Both the position numbers and the translations under genes were made by a program. This document shows positions 9,860-19,867 of a stretch of 64,000 nucleotides of DNA, in pieces; the stretch's first letter is position 1; the number at the start of each line of letters is the position of its first letter. Where the stretch lies: assembly GCA_047947115.1 (NCBI GenBank), contig CP170459.1, forward strand, positions 2,816,001 through 2,880,000. The letters run 5' to 3'. Below the pieces are notes generated by a model, which saw only the letters and a list, made by a program, of their open reading frames with translations, was not told the origin of the DNA and did no database searches. Source of the DNA: Verrucomicrobiota bacterium. Lineage in GTDB: Bacteria; Verrucomicrobiota; Verrucomicrobiia; Limisphaerales; AAA164-E04.

Positions 9860-11116
9860 ATGCTGAAATTGCGTTGCATGTTGATGGCCACAGTCGTTTG
9901 TTTGACTGGTGGTTTGAACGGTGAAGACTGGAATGCCTTTCGAGGTTCTGATGGAACAGCGGTGAGTTCGGAGTCCCATGTGCCAGTGTCCTGGTCCCAG
10001 GAGAAAAATATTGCCTGGAAGGTGGAGTTGGCCGGGAAGGGGACCTCTTCTCCCATAGTGAATGGTGGGCGTGTTTTTGTGACTACTCAACTGGAGAACA
10101 ATGATCTTCAGGTGATGGCTTTTGATTTCCGGGACGGTTCGCAGCGATGGAGCCAGAAAGTGGGGAACGGACGATTGCCCACACACGAATTCCACAACAT
10201 GGCCACCCCAACACCTGTTACCGATGGAAAACACCTTTGGGTGTTTTTTGGGACGGGGGATCTGGTTTGTCTGACAGCTGACAACGGGAAAGAAGTTTGG
10301 CGTCGCAACCTGCGAACGGAGTATGCCGATTACAACACCAATCACGGTATGGGGAATTCTCCTGTCCTGCATGACGGAACCTTGTTTGTGGCTTGCATGC
10401 ACCAGGGACCATCCTATCTGATCGCCATTAATGCCGCCAATGGCGAGACCCGCTGGAAAGTGGATCGCAACCTCAACGCTCGTGAAGAAGGGAATGATTC
10501 CTATTCAACACCCGTTTTGGTTGATGTGGATGGGACGACTCAAGTGGTATTGTCCGGGGCCGAAAGCCTGAATGCCTATGATCCCATGACTGGAAAGGAA
10601 ATCTGGAGATCGGGTGGGATGGAGGTGCCGCATCCTTATGGGCGCACTATCTCAGGACCTACTGCCGGGGAAGGAAAAGTGATTTCGGTGGCTTCCGGTT
10701 TTCGCAATCAAGGTTACGTCATCGGTGTGACGCCAAAGCGCAGTGGTGAAAGTGTTTCTGTTGAGCGTGACTGGACTCAAAAGCGTTATGCTCCCGATTG
10801 TCCGACACCGGTCATCTACGAGGGCAATATATATACGATCCGTGACGATGGAATGGCTTCCTGCCTGGATCTTGAAACCGGTGAAGCTCACTGGCAGGAA
10901 CGTTTGTTCGCTGAAAATGTCAAAGTCTCGCCTGTCGTCGCAAATGGTTACGTTTACTTCACCACAGGTCGCGCCAATACAAAAGTGGTCAAGGCTTCGG
11001 ACAAGCTTGAGATCGTCTCCTCAAATGAATTGAACGAGGAAACCCTATCCACCCCTGCGGTGAGTCAGGGGAGCGTCATCATTCGGACCTTTGATCACTT
11101 GTATCGGATCAAGTAG
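9860..11116 (+). CDS. PQQ-binding-like beta-propeller repeat protein (BamB-like, PVC-expanded family)
   Basis: Signal peptide, DWNAFRG, SSPIV, repeated GxxxW propeller motifs, STPAV. Confidence 0.85.
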   Translation: MLKLRCMLMATVVCLTGGLNGEDWNAFRGSDGTAVSSESHVPVSWSQEKNIAWKVELAGKGTSSPIVNGGRVFVTTQLENNDLQVMAFDFRDGSQRWSQKVGNGRLPTHEFHNMATPTPVTDGKHLWVFFGTGDLVCLTADNGKEVWRRNLRTEYADYNTNHGMGNSPVLHDGTLFVACMHQGPSYLIAINAANGETRWKVDRNLNAREEGNDSYSTPVLVDVDGTTQVVLSGAESLNAYDPMTGKEIWRSGGMEVPHPYGRTISGPTAGEGKVISVASGFRNQGYVIGVTPKRSGESVSVERDWTQKRYAPDCPTPVIYEGNIYTIRDDGMASCLDLETGEAHWQERLFAENVKVSPVVANGYVYFTTGRANTKVVKASDKLEIVSSNELNEETLSTPAVSQGSVIIRTFDHLYRIK

Positions 11117-11123
11117 GCCGTTC

Positions 11124-13007
11124 TTATTTGACGGAGATCAGCGCTTCGATCCAGTCGTTGAGTTTGACACTTTCCGATGCCACATCGGCTGTGATCAAAT
11201 AGTTGCCGGTGTTATTCGGAGTTTTCAAGGTTACTGACAGTGTTTTGGTTTGGTGAGGGGGGATGGTTAATTGCCCTTCCTTGCTGATTACTTCGAGTCC
11301 ATTCCATCCTCGGGGTGTGATGGTAAAGGTCCTTTCCTTGGGGGAATGATTTGTCACTCTCACTTCCACTTGTTGAGTTTGACCGGGTGCTGTGTCCACA
11401 CCGTAAGGATAAAAGACTGCCCATTGTTCATCGATGCCATAATTGAGGTCATCCCAGGGAAACAGTTCTTCCAATGTGGCGGCTCGTTCGCGGTATTTGG
11501 ATTCAAGGTAGTCCAGTTCTTCGCTCGAGAAGCGGAAAATATAGGGAATGTGTTCATTGATCATCCAGGTGTTCTCCGGTAGTTCGCGCAGCATGCGCAT
11601 GCAGCGGAAGTAGCCGGTGTCCTCGCGCATCAGGTTTCGATTGAGCAGGCAATAATCGTCCAGACCGGAAGGCGCAAAGGAATCCCCCACGAAAAAGATG
11701 GGATCTTGACCGGATTTGTTCACGAGGAGGGCTCCGTGGTAGAAGGTTTGCCCGGGGTAAAATTGGAAGGTGAATTTGAATTCACGCCAAGCCATCTCCG
11801 TGCCGTCCTTCATGGCGATGATTTCCTGGATGGCGTTGGTGGTCAGGGCTGGGATGTGGTAGGCGTCGGGTTGCATCAAAACGTCCGCATACTCGGTGGT
11901 GGCATAAACCGGGCAGTTGAAAGTTTCCGCCGCCTTTTGAACCATGTCAGTGTGATCATCGTGGATGTGGGTGACAAAGATGCCTTCCACTTTTTCGATG
12001 AGACCACTTTTGATCAGATTTTGAATCTCATCGATGACACGTTGATTGCCACAGTCCAGCAGAAACGCAAAACCGTCCCTGGAAATGATCAAACGTGAAG
12101 TTGAGAAGCCCTTGATCCATTCCGGCGTCTGCACATGAACCGAGTAGGGCATGAGTTCCACTGCCTCCTTAGATCCCAGAACACGCTCGCCGCACAAGCG
12201 CATGCGATCTTCTTTGAAATACCAGTTGAGCGCATTGGTGGACAGGTAGTTTTTGTAAACGGATTGGACACGGGCAATCAATTTGTCGATGGACTGCGCT
12301 GGCGTTTCAATAACCGGTCCACGAGCGGGGATGAGTAGATCCGGATTGAGCGCTTTGATTTTTTCCAAACTGGAGACAAGTGCTCCCAATCTTCCGGCGT
12401 AGCCATGATAACCCCCGACCTTTGCTTCCGGTATGGCGTCCTGCAGGCTGTAAAGGTCGATGAGTTTGCCATCTCCAAAAATGAGATCACCGGTGAAAAT
12501 TACCGTTTTGCCGTCCATTTCTGTCAGGTAGGATACCGAGCCCCGCGTGTATCCAGGGGTGTCGATCACCGAGCATTTCAAGCCATGCCAATCGATCGTG
12601 TCTCCTTCTTTGACCCAACGGGTGACAGGGAGGGGGATGGCGTTGACTTTTGTTGTTTGCTGGGCGTAGTCATGAAATCGTTGGGTGGTGAACCCATCCC
12701 AATAGGCCTGGGGCGTTTCCAGCCAATCCCGTTCCGCATCCGGTGCGGCCATATGCGTGCCTTCCCGAAATTTCCTTGCCGGTGCAACGACGTCACGTCG
12801 TCCGTGTGTCAGCAGGGCCATGCGGGGTTTGGACGATTCGGACTGCGGATGGGGCGCATAAACTTCGATCGCGCCGGATTCCGATTCCAGTCTGATGCTG
12901 TTGATGGGGCCCGAGTGAAAACGGATGTGTGGGGTCAGGTTGGCTGCATGAAGCAGTGAACTTGCCCATATAACAGCGAAACCTGTACCGATCAAAACGA
13001 ATCTCAT
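11124..13007 (-). CDS. Exported protein with two metallo-beta-lactamase-fold domains
   Basis: First domain degenerate (THGRRD, DTPGYT, FTGD). Second has THIHDDH, PGQT, FVGD. Signal peptide. Confidence 0.8.
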   Translation of the reverse strand: MRFVLIGTGFAVIWASSLLHAANLTPHIRFHSGPINSIRLESESGAIEVYAPHPQSESSKPRMALLTHGRRDVVAPARKFREGTHMAAPDAERDWLETPQAYWDGFTTQRFHDYAQQTTKVNAIPLPVTRWVKEGDTIDWHGLKCSVIDTPGYTRGSVSYLTEMDGKTVIFTGDLIFGDGKLIDLYSLQDAIPEAKVGGYHGYAGRLGALVSSLEKIKALNPDLLIPARGPVIETPAQSIDKLIARVQSVYKNYLSTNALNWYFKEDRMRLCGERVLGSKEAVELMPYSVHVQTPEWIKGFSTSRLIISRDGFAFLLDCGNQRVIDEIQNLIKSGLIEKVEGIFVTHIHDDHTDMVQKAAETFNCPVYATTEYADVLMQPDAYHIPALTTNAIQEIIAMKDGTEMAWREFKFTFQFYPGQTFYHGALLVNKSGQDPIFFVGDSFAPSGLDDYCLLNRNLMREDTGYFRCMRMLRELPENTWMINEHIPYIFRFSSEELDYLESKYRERAATLEELFPWDDLNYGIDEQWAVFYPYGVDTAPGQTQQVEVRVTNHSPKERTFTITPRGWNGLEVISKEGQLTIPPHQTKTLSVTLKTPNNTGNYLITADVASESVKLNDWIEALISVK

Positions 13008-13046
13008 GACTTAACTTGAACTGGATTGAATATTTGCTGCAGGAGA

Positions 13047-14159
13047 TTAAAACTCAAAAGCATAGATGGTGGTGCTTTCGAATGTTTCTCCGGGGCGCAG
13101 GATGGTGGATGGAAATTCCGGATGATTCACTGAGTCCGGGTAATGTTGAGTTTCGAGACAGAACCCGCGCGGGTTGCCGGTGTAGAGCTGGACGCCCGGT
13201 TGATCTGTGTAAACTTTCATGATGCGGCCGCTGACAGGTTCTTTGGCGGTTGCGGTGTGAACAATGCTTTGGCCTCCACCGATAATGATGAAGTTGTGAT
13301 CATACAGGTGGGGTCTGGGTTGGGTGTCGTCCGCGCGTTCTCCGATTGGGTGAGGCGTTCTGAAATCCAAAGCTGTGCCCTCCACGGAACCGATTTTACC
13401 GGTGGGTATCAGTTGCCGATCGGCCAGTGTGTAAGTCGCCGAGTTGATCCACATCTCATGGTTCTCAAACCCGCCTTGATCGGCGAGGTTGAAATACGCG
13501 TGATTGGTCAGGTTGATCGGGCTGGGTTTATCCGTTTTAGCAGAGTAAATGAGTTTGACCTCATTGGCATCCGTCAGCACGTAGGTGACACTGACTTTCA
13601 TGTTACCCGGGAAACCTTCCTCGCCATCTTTGGCTTCGTAAGTGAGTCTCACGGCTGAGGCATTGTCTTTGAACGGCATTGGATCGGCTTGCCACACCAC
13701 TTTGGCGAATCCCTTGCGTCCGCCGTGGATGTGATGTGGACCGGCATTGCGGGTGACTTCGTGCTCCTTGCCATCGAGTGTGTATTTGCCATGTGCGATG
13801 CGGTTGGCAAACCGACCGATGACCGAGGCGGAAGGGTATCCTTTGACAAAAGGATCCAAAGATTCCTCGCCCTGAATCACGTTCAGGAGACCTCCCTTTC
13901 CATTTGGGATGTTGATGGCGGTCAATGTCGCCCCGTACTCGATGAGGCGAACTTCCATGCCGTTGGCGTTGCGAAGAATGTATTGCTGAACCGTCGTGCC
14001 ATCGTCGAGTTGTCCGAAAATGCGTCCTTCGATGCGGCTGAAGGCTTCGGTTCCTGCGGGGGTGAGTTGTCTGTGCTGGTTGCTGTTGTTTGATGAATCG
14101 GCTGACATATTCATTTGAATGACCGTGATGGCCAGAGTTGTGATGATGATGTTTTTCAT
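13047..14159 (-). CDS. galM: Aldose 1-epimerase (galactose mutarotase), probably exported
   Basis: IGRFANRIA, HIHGG, EEGFPG, NLTNHAYFNL, QLYTGN, FCLETQHYPDS. Confidence 0.92.
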   Translation of the reverse strand: MKNIIITTLAITVIQMNMSADSSNNSNQHRQLTPAGTEAFSRIEGRIFGQLDDGTTVQQYILRNANGMEVRLIEYGATLTAINIPNGKGGLLNVIQGEESLDPFVKGYPSASVIGRFANRIAHGKYTLDGKEHEVTRNAGPHHIHGGRKGFAKVVWQADPMPFKDNASAVRLTYEAKDGEEGFPGNMKVSVTYVLTDANEVKLIYSAKTDKPSPINLTNHAYFNLADQGGFENHEMWINSATYTLADRQLIPTGKIGSVEGTALDFRTPHPIGERADDTQPRPHLYDHNFIIIGGGQSIVHTATAKEPVSGRIMKVYTDQPGVQLYTGNPRGFCLETQHYPDSVNHPEFPSTILRPGETFESTTIYAFEF

Positions 14160-17100
14160 GGGATTTGTAGTAATTCAGATTCGGTCCAGGGATGCTGGCG
14201 ATCCTGTGTTTTTTGACGGATTTCTAAAATTCTCGAAGTCTCCACCGGCTTGGCATCTTGTCCCCAAGCCTGACGGATAAATGTTAAAATCGAAGCAATC
14301 TGCGTGTCATCCAGTGCTGCGATGGGAGGCATTTCGGCCAGAATTTCAGGTGGTGCATACTGTTGGCTTCCCACCCGGATCGGTCCCTGTGCTCCGTGCA
14401 AAACGATGCGAGTCAGGCGCTCAATCGAGCCCTCCACCCACTGAGATCCACGCAAGGGAGGTGCCTGTGCCTTCACCCCTTCGCCCGATGCCCCGTGGCA
14501 CCCCGCACAGATCATCTGGTAGAGTTGCCCGCCTTCCGAATCGGATGTTGGATCCGTCCCTTCATTGCTTCGTTGCTTCGCTGCTTGCAGGGCGGATTCA
14601 TAGTTTGGATGTCCGGGCCAGACCAAATGATCGGCAAGGTCGTTCATGAGGTCGGCAAGCGGTGAGGTTGTCATTTCATTCCATTGCTCGAACGCGGCGG
14701 GTTTTCGATTGAGAACGAACGGAGTGGTGGAACTGCTGATTAATTGGCCGCGTATGCCGGTCAGAACGGCAAGTGTTCGCCAAGGGTGGGTGGTTGATTG
14801 GTTTGCGGCCAGGTCCAACAGGATGTCCAATTGAGTGGCGTTGTTGGACGCGGTGATGGCTTCGGCCAATGATTCAGCAAGTTGTGCGTAGCCTGGTTGC
14901 TGTTCCTTCCAGTCGGGACGTGTGAACAGGAGTTGAAGGAAATTGAGTTCCCAATCCTGGAGCCCGCTCAGGATCGCTTCTCTAATCAGGTAAGCGTCGG
15001 CATGCTTTGCTGCAATATCGCTCATGAGCGGAAGCGAATTGGGTTGGGGTAAATTGCCCGCTGTCAGGGCAGCTTGAAAGACCACATTTTGATTGGACTT
15101 GGCAGCGATCGATTCGAGCTGTTCCAGCAGAGAAGCCGATCGTTCAGGTGAGTGCCGGCTCAAAGAATCCGCAACGCGAATGGCTGCCACCTGAACATGT
15201 GGATCCCCATGGTGAGTTGCCTGTAAGATGCTTTGCCATACCTCTTCGGCAAATGGGCGAGGGGCCAGGTCCAGCGATGCGTCGATCTCTTTGACAATCA
15301 CGGTGCGGTGGGTGGGGGGGATGGCCTGTTTGAATGCGACCAGCAAACCTTCCAGTGTCCACAAAGCATGCTCGACACTCACCGGATGGGGCGATGTTTT
15401 GATCAGGTTTTGCAGGAGAGGAATGATGGATGGATCCCTACGCTCCACGAGCAAACGTTGAGCCGTGTCTCTCGTCCATCCGTTATTGTGTTCAAGTTGC
15501 TTCACCAACTGGTGATTCTCCATACGTGAGAGTCGGGATGGACGTTGTCTTGGGCGGGTTGGATCAATGATCCGATACATGCGTCCAAAATGGATTCCCT
15601 TGTCCAATTCACGCGCGATGGTTTCCTTGCGGAGATAATCCGTCATAAACATCCCATACTGAGCGACACCGCGATACATATCCAGCAGCCACAAGGTCCC
15701 GTCGGGTCCGTTATAAATGTTGACCGGGCGGAATCGTTCGTCGGTTGAGTCGATGAATTCCCGGTCGTCATAGGCTTGAGTTGCCGAAAGGTTCAGCGGG
15801 CTTTCGGTAACGGTGTTTCGTTTGACAATATTTGCCGCCGGGTCGCATACGAAAGCATTCCCGACAAAGCTTGGATCAAATTGATTTCCCCGATAGATCA
15901 ACGGGCTGCAGGAAGAAGCAAATACATGGAGGTGTCCGCGTTCATCCAGCACCTCAGGCAGGTAGCCGCGATTGACCGCGGTGTTCATGCGTCTGGTGTA
16001 AACGCTTTGATCGGTCGCGATGAAAAGATTAAGGCCCGCTGTCGATGGGTAGTTCTTGTTGCGTCCCATCCTGTTGGGAGGTGTGAAATCCCCCAGCAAT
16101 TGACTGTTGTTGACGTTGTAGAACAATCGGCCATGGAGATCCTGGGTCATGCCCCACTGACCGCGCAGTTCGGTTTTTTCCTTGACCCATTTGCCATCGA
16201 CCAGACGGTATCTCCAAGGCGATCTGCCATTATAGATCCAATTGTCCATGGCCAGCATGAGGCCATTGGGAGCGTGTTCGATGTTGCTGCGTCCGTAGCT
16301 GGCGTCGATGAGGAGTCGCAGGTCCGCGTGTCCGTCGTTGTTGGTGTCCTGAGCGAACTGGAGGGTGTAGTCTTCGACGAATAGCACTCCGTTGTGGGTT
16401 GCCAGTACGGCACGTGGCACGATGAGTCCATCGATGAAAACCGAGGAGCGATCCATGACCCCGTCACCATTGTCGTCCACCAATTTAGAGATGCGCCCGA
16501 TGGGATTCCTTTCCCCCGAGCGATCCAGATCCAGCATGAAACTCCGCATTTCCACCACGTATGCCGTGCCATCCGCATCAAAAGACATGGCCACCGGTTC
16601 CTGGATCATGGGATCGGAGGCTGCCAGCAGCATATTGAATGGGGCTGGGAGTGTCATGGTGTCCAAAGATTCCGCTGGGGTGAGGACCGGGGAAGGGGGG
16701 GGGCTCGGGAGGTCTTTGCGAAGTCCCTGGGACTCGCTTCCTGTGGCACCGCTCATGTTGGTTTTCGGGACAGCTTTCCTCAATCCTTCCAATAAAACGG
16801 AAACTCCCAGCTGACTTGTCTGTGATTCTTTGGTCCAGGATTCAAACCATGTATTTGCCTGGTTGCTGAATTCAGTGAATGACAAGTCTCCATCCCTGTT
16901 CGAGTCGAGTGCCACGAAGAATCCAAGGAAACGATTTGGCAGCATGCTGCGGGATGTGGTTCGGCGACCGCTGGTTCCCGCTGTCAACAGCGCGGGCATG
17001 AGGTTCAGGAATTCGGCTTGTGAAATGCGTGAAGACGAGTCGATGCCCAAGCGTTGTTCCCAGTCCAGCACGACCGATGTCCACTCCTGAAGGTTCAGTT

Positions 17101-17266
17101 GAGCATCCCCGTTCTGATCGCCTTGTTGAATCCATGCCTGAACAATTGTTTCCTCGGGGGAAACAAAGGAGCGGCGGCGATTGGGTGCCTCATTGCTTTG
17201 TGCGTGCAGGGACGACATGATGGTCGTCAAGGTGCACACAGCAAGAATGAGGTGTTGAGATTTCAT
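14156..17266 (-). CDS. PVC-type putative dehydrogenase: EF-hand-like N-terminus, beta-propeller, HEAT-like repeats, C-terminal cytochrome c
   Basis: EPVAMSFD, EHAPNGL..DNWIY, STDERFRPV..GPDG..DMYRG, CAGCH with distal Met (EMPP). Signal peptide. Confidence 0.85.
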   Translation of the reverse strand: MKSQHLILAVCTLTTIMSSLHAQSNEAPNRRRSFVSPEETIVQAWIQQGDQNGDAQLNLQEWTSVVLDWEQRLGIDSSSRISQAEFLNLMPALLTAGTSGRRTTSRSMLPNRFLGFFVALDSNRDGDLSFTEFSNQANTWFESWTKESQTSQLGVSVLLEGLRKAVPKTNMSGATGSESQGLRKDLPSPPPSPVLTPAESLDTMTLPAPFNMLLAASDPMIQEPVAMSFDADGTAYVVEMRSFMLDLDRSGERNPIGRISKLVDDNGDGVMDRSSVFIDGLIVPRAVLATHNGVLFVEDYTLQFAQDTNNDGHADLRLLIDASYGRSNIEHAPNGLMLAMDNWIYNGRSPWRYRLVDGKWVKEKTELRGQWGMTQDLHGRLFYNVNNSQLLGDFTPPNRMGRNKNYPSTAGLNLFIATDQSVYTRRMNTAVNRGYLPEVLDERGHLHVFASSCSPLIYRGNQFDPSFVGNAFVCDPAANIVKRNTVTESPLNLSATQAYDDREFIDSTDERFRPVNIYNGPDGTLWLLDMYRGVAQYGMFMTDYLRKETIARELDKGIHFGRMYRIIDPTRPRQRPSRLSRMENHQLVKQLEHNNGWTRDTAQRLLVERRDPSIIPLLQNLIKTSPHPVSVEHALWTLEGLLVAFKQAIPPTHRTVIVKEIDASLDLAPRPFAEEVWQSILQATHHGDPHVQVAAIRVADSLSRHSPERSASLLEQLESIAAKSNQNVVFQAALTAGNLPQPNSLPLMSDIAAKHADAYLIREAILSGLQDWELNFLQLLFTRPDWKEQQPGYAQLAESLAEAITASNNATQLDILLDLAANQSTTHPWRTLAVLTGIRGQLISSSTTPFVLNRKPAAFEQWNEMTTSPLADLMNDLADHLVWPGHPNYESALQAAKQRSNEGTDPTSDSEGGQLYQMICAGCHGASGEGVKAQAPPLRGSQWVEGSIERLTRIVLHGAQGPIRVGSQQYAPPEILAEMPPIAALDDTQIASILTFIRQAWGQDAKPVETSRILEIRQKTQDRQHPWTESELLQIP

Positions 17267-17308
17267 GAGCGGATCGTGCCAGTCCCGACATGTCGTGTCG
17301 TGGCTTTC

Positions 17309-18244
17309 CTAGAAAGGCGACACACCTTTGGTGCGCATTTGGATGCCATACACTGATTTACTGGCGGTAATGAACAAGAGGTCGTTGTTTTTTCCTCCAA
17401 AAGTGACATTTGCAGTCCAACCTCCCGGGACAGGGATGTGTTGGATTTTTTCGCCTTCGGGATTGTAAACGGTGACTCCGCGTCCGGTGAGATAAACGTT
17501 GCCTTCGTTATCAATGGTCATGCCGTCGGACCCCAGTTCGCAGAACAAGCGTTTGTTGATCACGTTACCATCCTCCTGGATGTCGAAGGCATAGGTTTTA
17601 CGTCCTCCAATGTCCGCGACATAAAGTGTTTTACCGTCCGGCGTGCCGATCAGCCCGTTCGGTTGTTTGAAATCATCCGCAACCCGCACGGGTTTGACCG
17701 TACCTTTCTGAAGGAAATACAGGTGTTGCCCATCTTGCTGCATGGCTGGATCGCGTTCCCAATAGTTGCGCGGATAGAGAGGATCTGTGAAATAGATGCC
17801 TCCATCGGGGCGGATCCAAAGGTCATTGGGGCCGTTCATCAGTTTGTTGTCGTATTGGTTCAGAATGACCGTGTGCTCTTTGTCGGGCGTGATGGACCAA
17901 AGTTCGTTCCTGCCATCGGCACAGGCCCAGAGATTGCCGTCTTTGTCGAAAAATGTTCCGTTGGATCGTCCGGCCGGTTTCAGCCAATCAGAAAAGGAAC
18001 CATCTTCGGCGTCCCATCGAACAATGCGGTCGTTGGGTTGATCGGTGAAAAACACATTGCCATGGCGATCTGCGGAGGGGCCTTCCGTGAAATTAAATCC
18101 ACTTCCCAATTGTTTGAGTTGAGCGCCGGGGGCGGTGACTGCCGGTTGTTGATTTTCAGCGACTGCATCCTGCGCACTCGTGATTGGCATGGCACTCAGG
18201 CATAGGCATCCTGCTATCCATTGTAGATTGATCAGTTTTTTCAT
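17309..18244 (-). CDS. SMP-30/gluconolactonase/LRE family protein, exported
   Basis: FTEGP, NGPNDL, YFTDP, PNGL, SDGMTID. Signal peptide from ATG 18244. Confidence 0.9.
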   Translation of the reverse strand: MKKLINLQWIAGCLCLSAMPITSAQDAVAENQQPAVTAPGAQLKQLGSGFNFTEGPSADRHGNVFFTDQPNDRIVRWDAEDGSFSDWLKPAGRSNGTFFDKDGNLWACADGRNELWSITPDKEHTVILNQYDNKLMNGPNDLWIRPDGGIYFTDPLYPRNYWERDPAMQQDGQHLYFLQKGTVKPVRVADDFKQPNGLIGTPDGKTLYVADIGGRKTYAFDIQEDGNVINKRLFCELGSDGMTIDNEGNVYLTGRGVTVYNPEGEKIQHIPVPGGWTANVTFGGKNNDLLFITASKSVYGIQMRTKGVSPF

Positions 18245-18426
18245 AGGGAATGAGCCGATATTAGCGGGATGACGGTGTTGCGCAATCCTTGAATAAGGAG
18301 TGCCATCACTTATCATGCCGGCCCGATTTCATCCATGGACAGGTTAAGACTTGAGCTCAATGCCGTACTCTGGCAATAAGGGGCGGTTGCGCGAAATGAA
18401 TTTTCGGACCCCAACGTCAAGACAGC

Positions 18427-19080
18427 ATGAACACTGCCCAGGCACAATTGAAAGCCATGGACGGATTCCACAGGGATCTGTCGGCTTTGTGTTGTCGTCT
18501 CGGGAATGATGCCTCCTTGACGGGGCTTCCTGGCTCCATACGTCTGGAACAGGTGACAGATTCCGACTCATTCCTTGTGTTCATACGCCAATACAAGGAA
18601 CACATTCTTGAGCCCATCGAACTTCCGGCCATAGCATCTGCCATGACCTTGTGTTCCCAAAATGCCTTGCGCGAACTTCTGGATCTGGATGCAGGCCTGG
18701 GCAAGGAGCCTTTTATGAAGGTGTTTGCTGAATCCAGTCGAACTCTGGGGCGAAACCAGCTTCGCAAACTGAGGGGATTACATGATGTCCGGATGCTTTC
18801 CCGTTATCGAAATGCCGTTCTGGACGGGAAGGCGTATGGATGGCACCTGCTTGTCTACGGCATGGTTTTGCACATGTTTTCCATACCGCTCAGGCAGGGG
18901 CTGGCCAAGTATCAGACGCAGGTGCTTCTTGGTTTTGGGCAGGCTGCCTGTCAGTCTTTGCGATGGTCCGAAAAGGAATGGTTGAAGGTGAGGCACCAGC
19001 TTGAATCTTTTTCGGCGCCTTCACTTGAAGGGATATTGGCCGAGAAGGGATCCGGAACTCCCTTGTTGTCGATTGTTTGA
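18427..19080 (+). CDS. UreF-like (urease accessory fold) protein
   Basis: LLDLDA..AESSRTLGRNQL..GWHLLVYG pattern resembles UreF helices. No other ure gene in the window. Confidence 0.5.
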   Translation: MNTAQAQLKAMDGFHRDLSALCCRLGNDASLTGLPGSIRLEQVTDSDSFLVFIRQYKEHILEPIELPAIASAMTLCSQNALRELLDLDAGLGKEPFMKVFAESSRTLGRNQLRKLRGLHDVRMLSRYRNAVLDGKAYGWHLLVYGMVLHMFSIPLRQGLAKYQTQVLLGFGQAACQSLRWSEKEWLKVRHQLESFSAPSLEGILAEKGSGTPLLSIV

Positions 19081-19090
19081 CCGGTGAGTT

Positions 19091-19849
19091 TCAGGGCCGA
19101 GGAGTGTGTTTTCTTCGGAATGTCGAAAACATCTCCCCATCGCAGCAGTGGTATTCGGTGCATTCAAACGATGCGGCTTGAGGAAGGCTCGTAAAACCTT
19201 TTCCATCACTCATGGTTGAATGACGGGTGCCTCCGTAAACGAGAGGGGCTACCGTCAGGAATATTTCATCCACCAAATTCGCCCTGAACATCGCATCATT
19301 GAGTTTGCCCCCTCCTTCCAACACCATGCGTCTCATATTCCAATGCTCATGCAACCATGCGATCAACTTCCGAAGGTCGACGGATTCTTTTCCAAATGAT
19401 CTGACTTCAATCCACGGCTTTAGGTGAAAGGTTGCCTTCAACAGTTGTTTTCCCGCTGTAGTGGTGGCAATCAGTGTGGGGGCCTTTTTGTTTTGAAACA
19501 CTTTGCAGTCCGGACTCAAGCTTCCCGACCCCGAGACAATGATCTTTCGAGGGTGGATTTCCAAGCCGCATGCGGCGCGCATGGATTCGTATCGACGGCC
19601 CCCTGTGCCCAGGTCGATCGGGCCTGATTCAATGGTGCCACGTCCGCAGATGATGGCATCCATGGTGGCTCGGATCCGGAGTAATCGGTTGTGGTCACGG
19701 CGGCTTCCAAATGCCGACATGGGATCCATGGTTTGTCGGGGGGTGGATTCGAGCGATGGATGATGAGGGCCGCTGACCTTTCCATCGGCGGTCATCAGCA
19801 TATTGACAGCCATCCACGGGCGTTTTGATGGGTTCGTTTCCGGTGTCAT
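19091..19849 (-). CDS. RibD C-terminal domain (pyrimidine reductase / DHFR-like) protein
   Basis: RPWMAVNMLMTADGK, RATMDAIICGRGT, VLEGGGKLN, LVDEIFLTVAP. Confidence 0.85.
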   Translation of the reverse strand: MTPETNPSKRPWMAVNMLMTADGKVSGPHHPSLESTPRQTMDPMSAFGSRRDHNRLLRIRATMDAIICGRGTIESGPIDLGTGGRRYESMRAACGLEIHPRKIIVSGSGSLSPDCKVFQNKKAPTLIATTTAGKQLLKATFHLKPWIEVRSFGKESVDLRKLIAWLHEHWNMRRMVLEGGGKLNDAMFRANLVDEIFLTVAPLVYGGTRHSTMSDGKGFTSLPQAASFECTEYHCCDGEMFSTFRRKHTPRP

Positions 19850-19867
19850 GTTCAGGTAAGGATCAGA

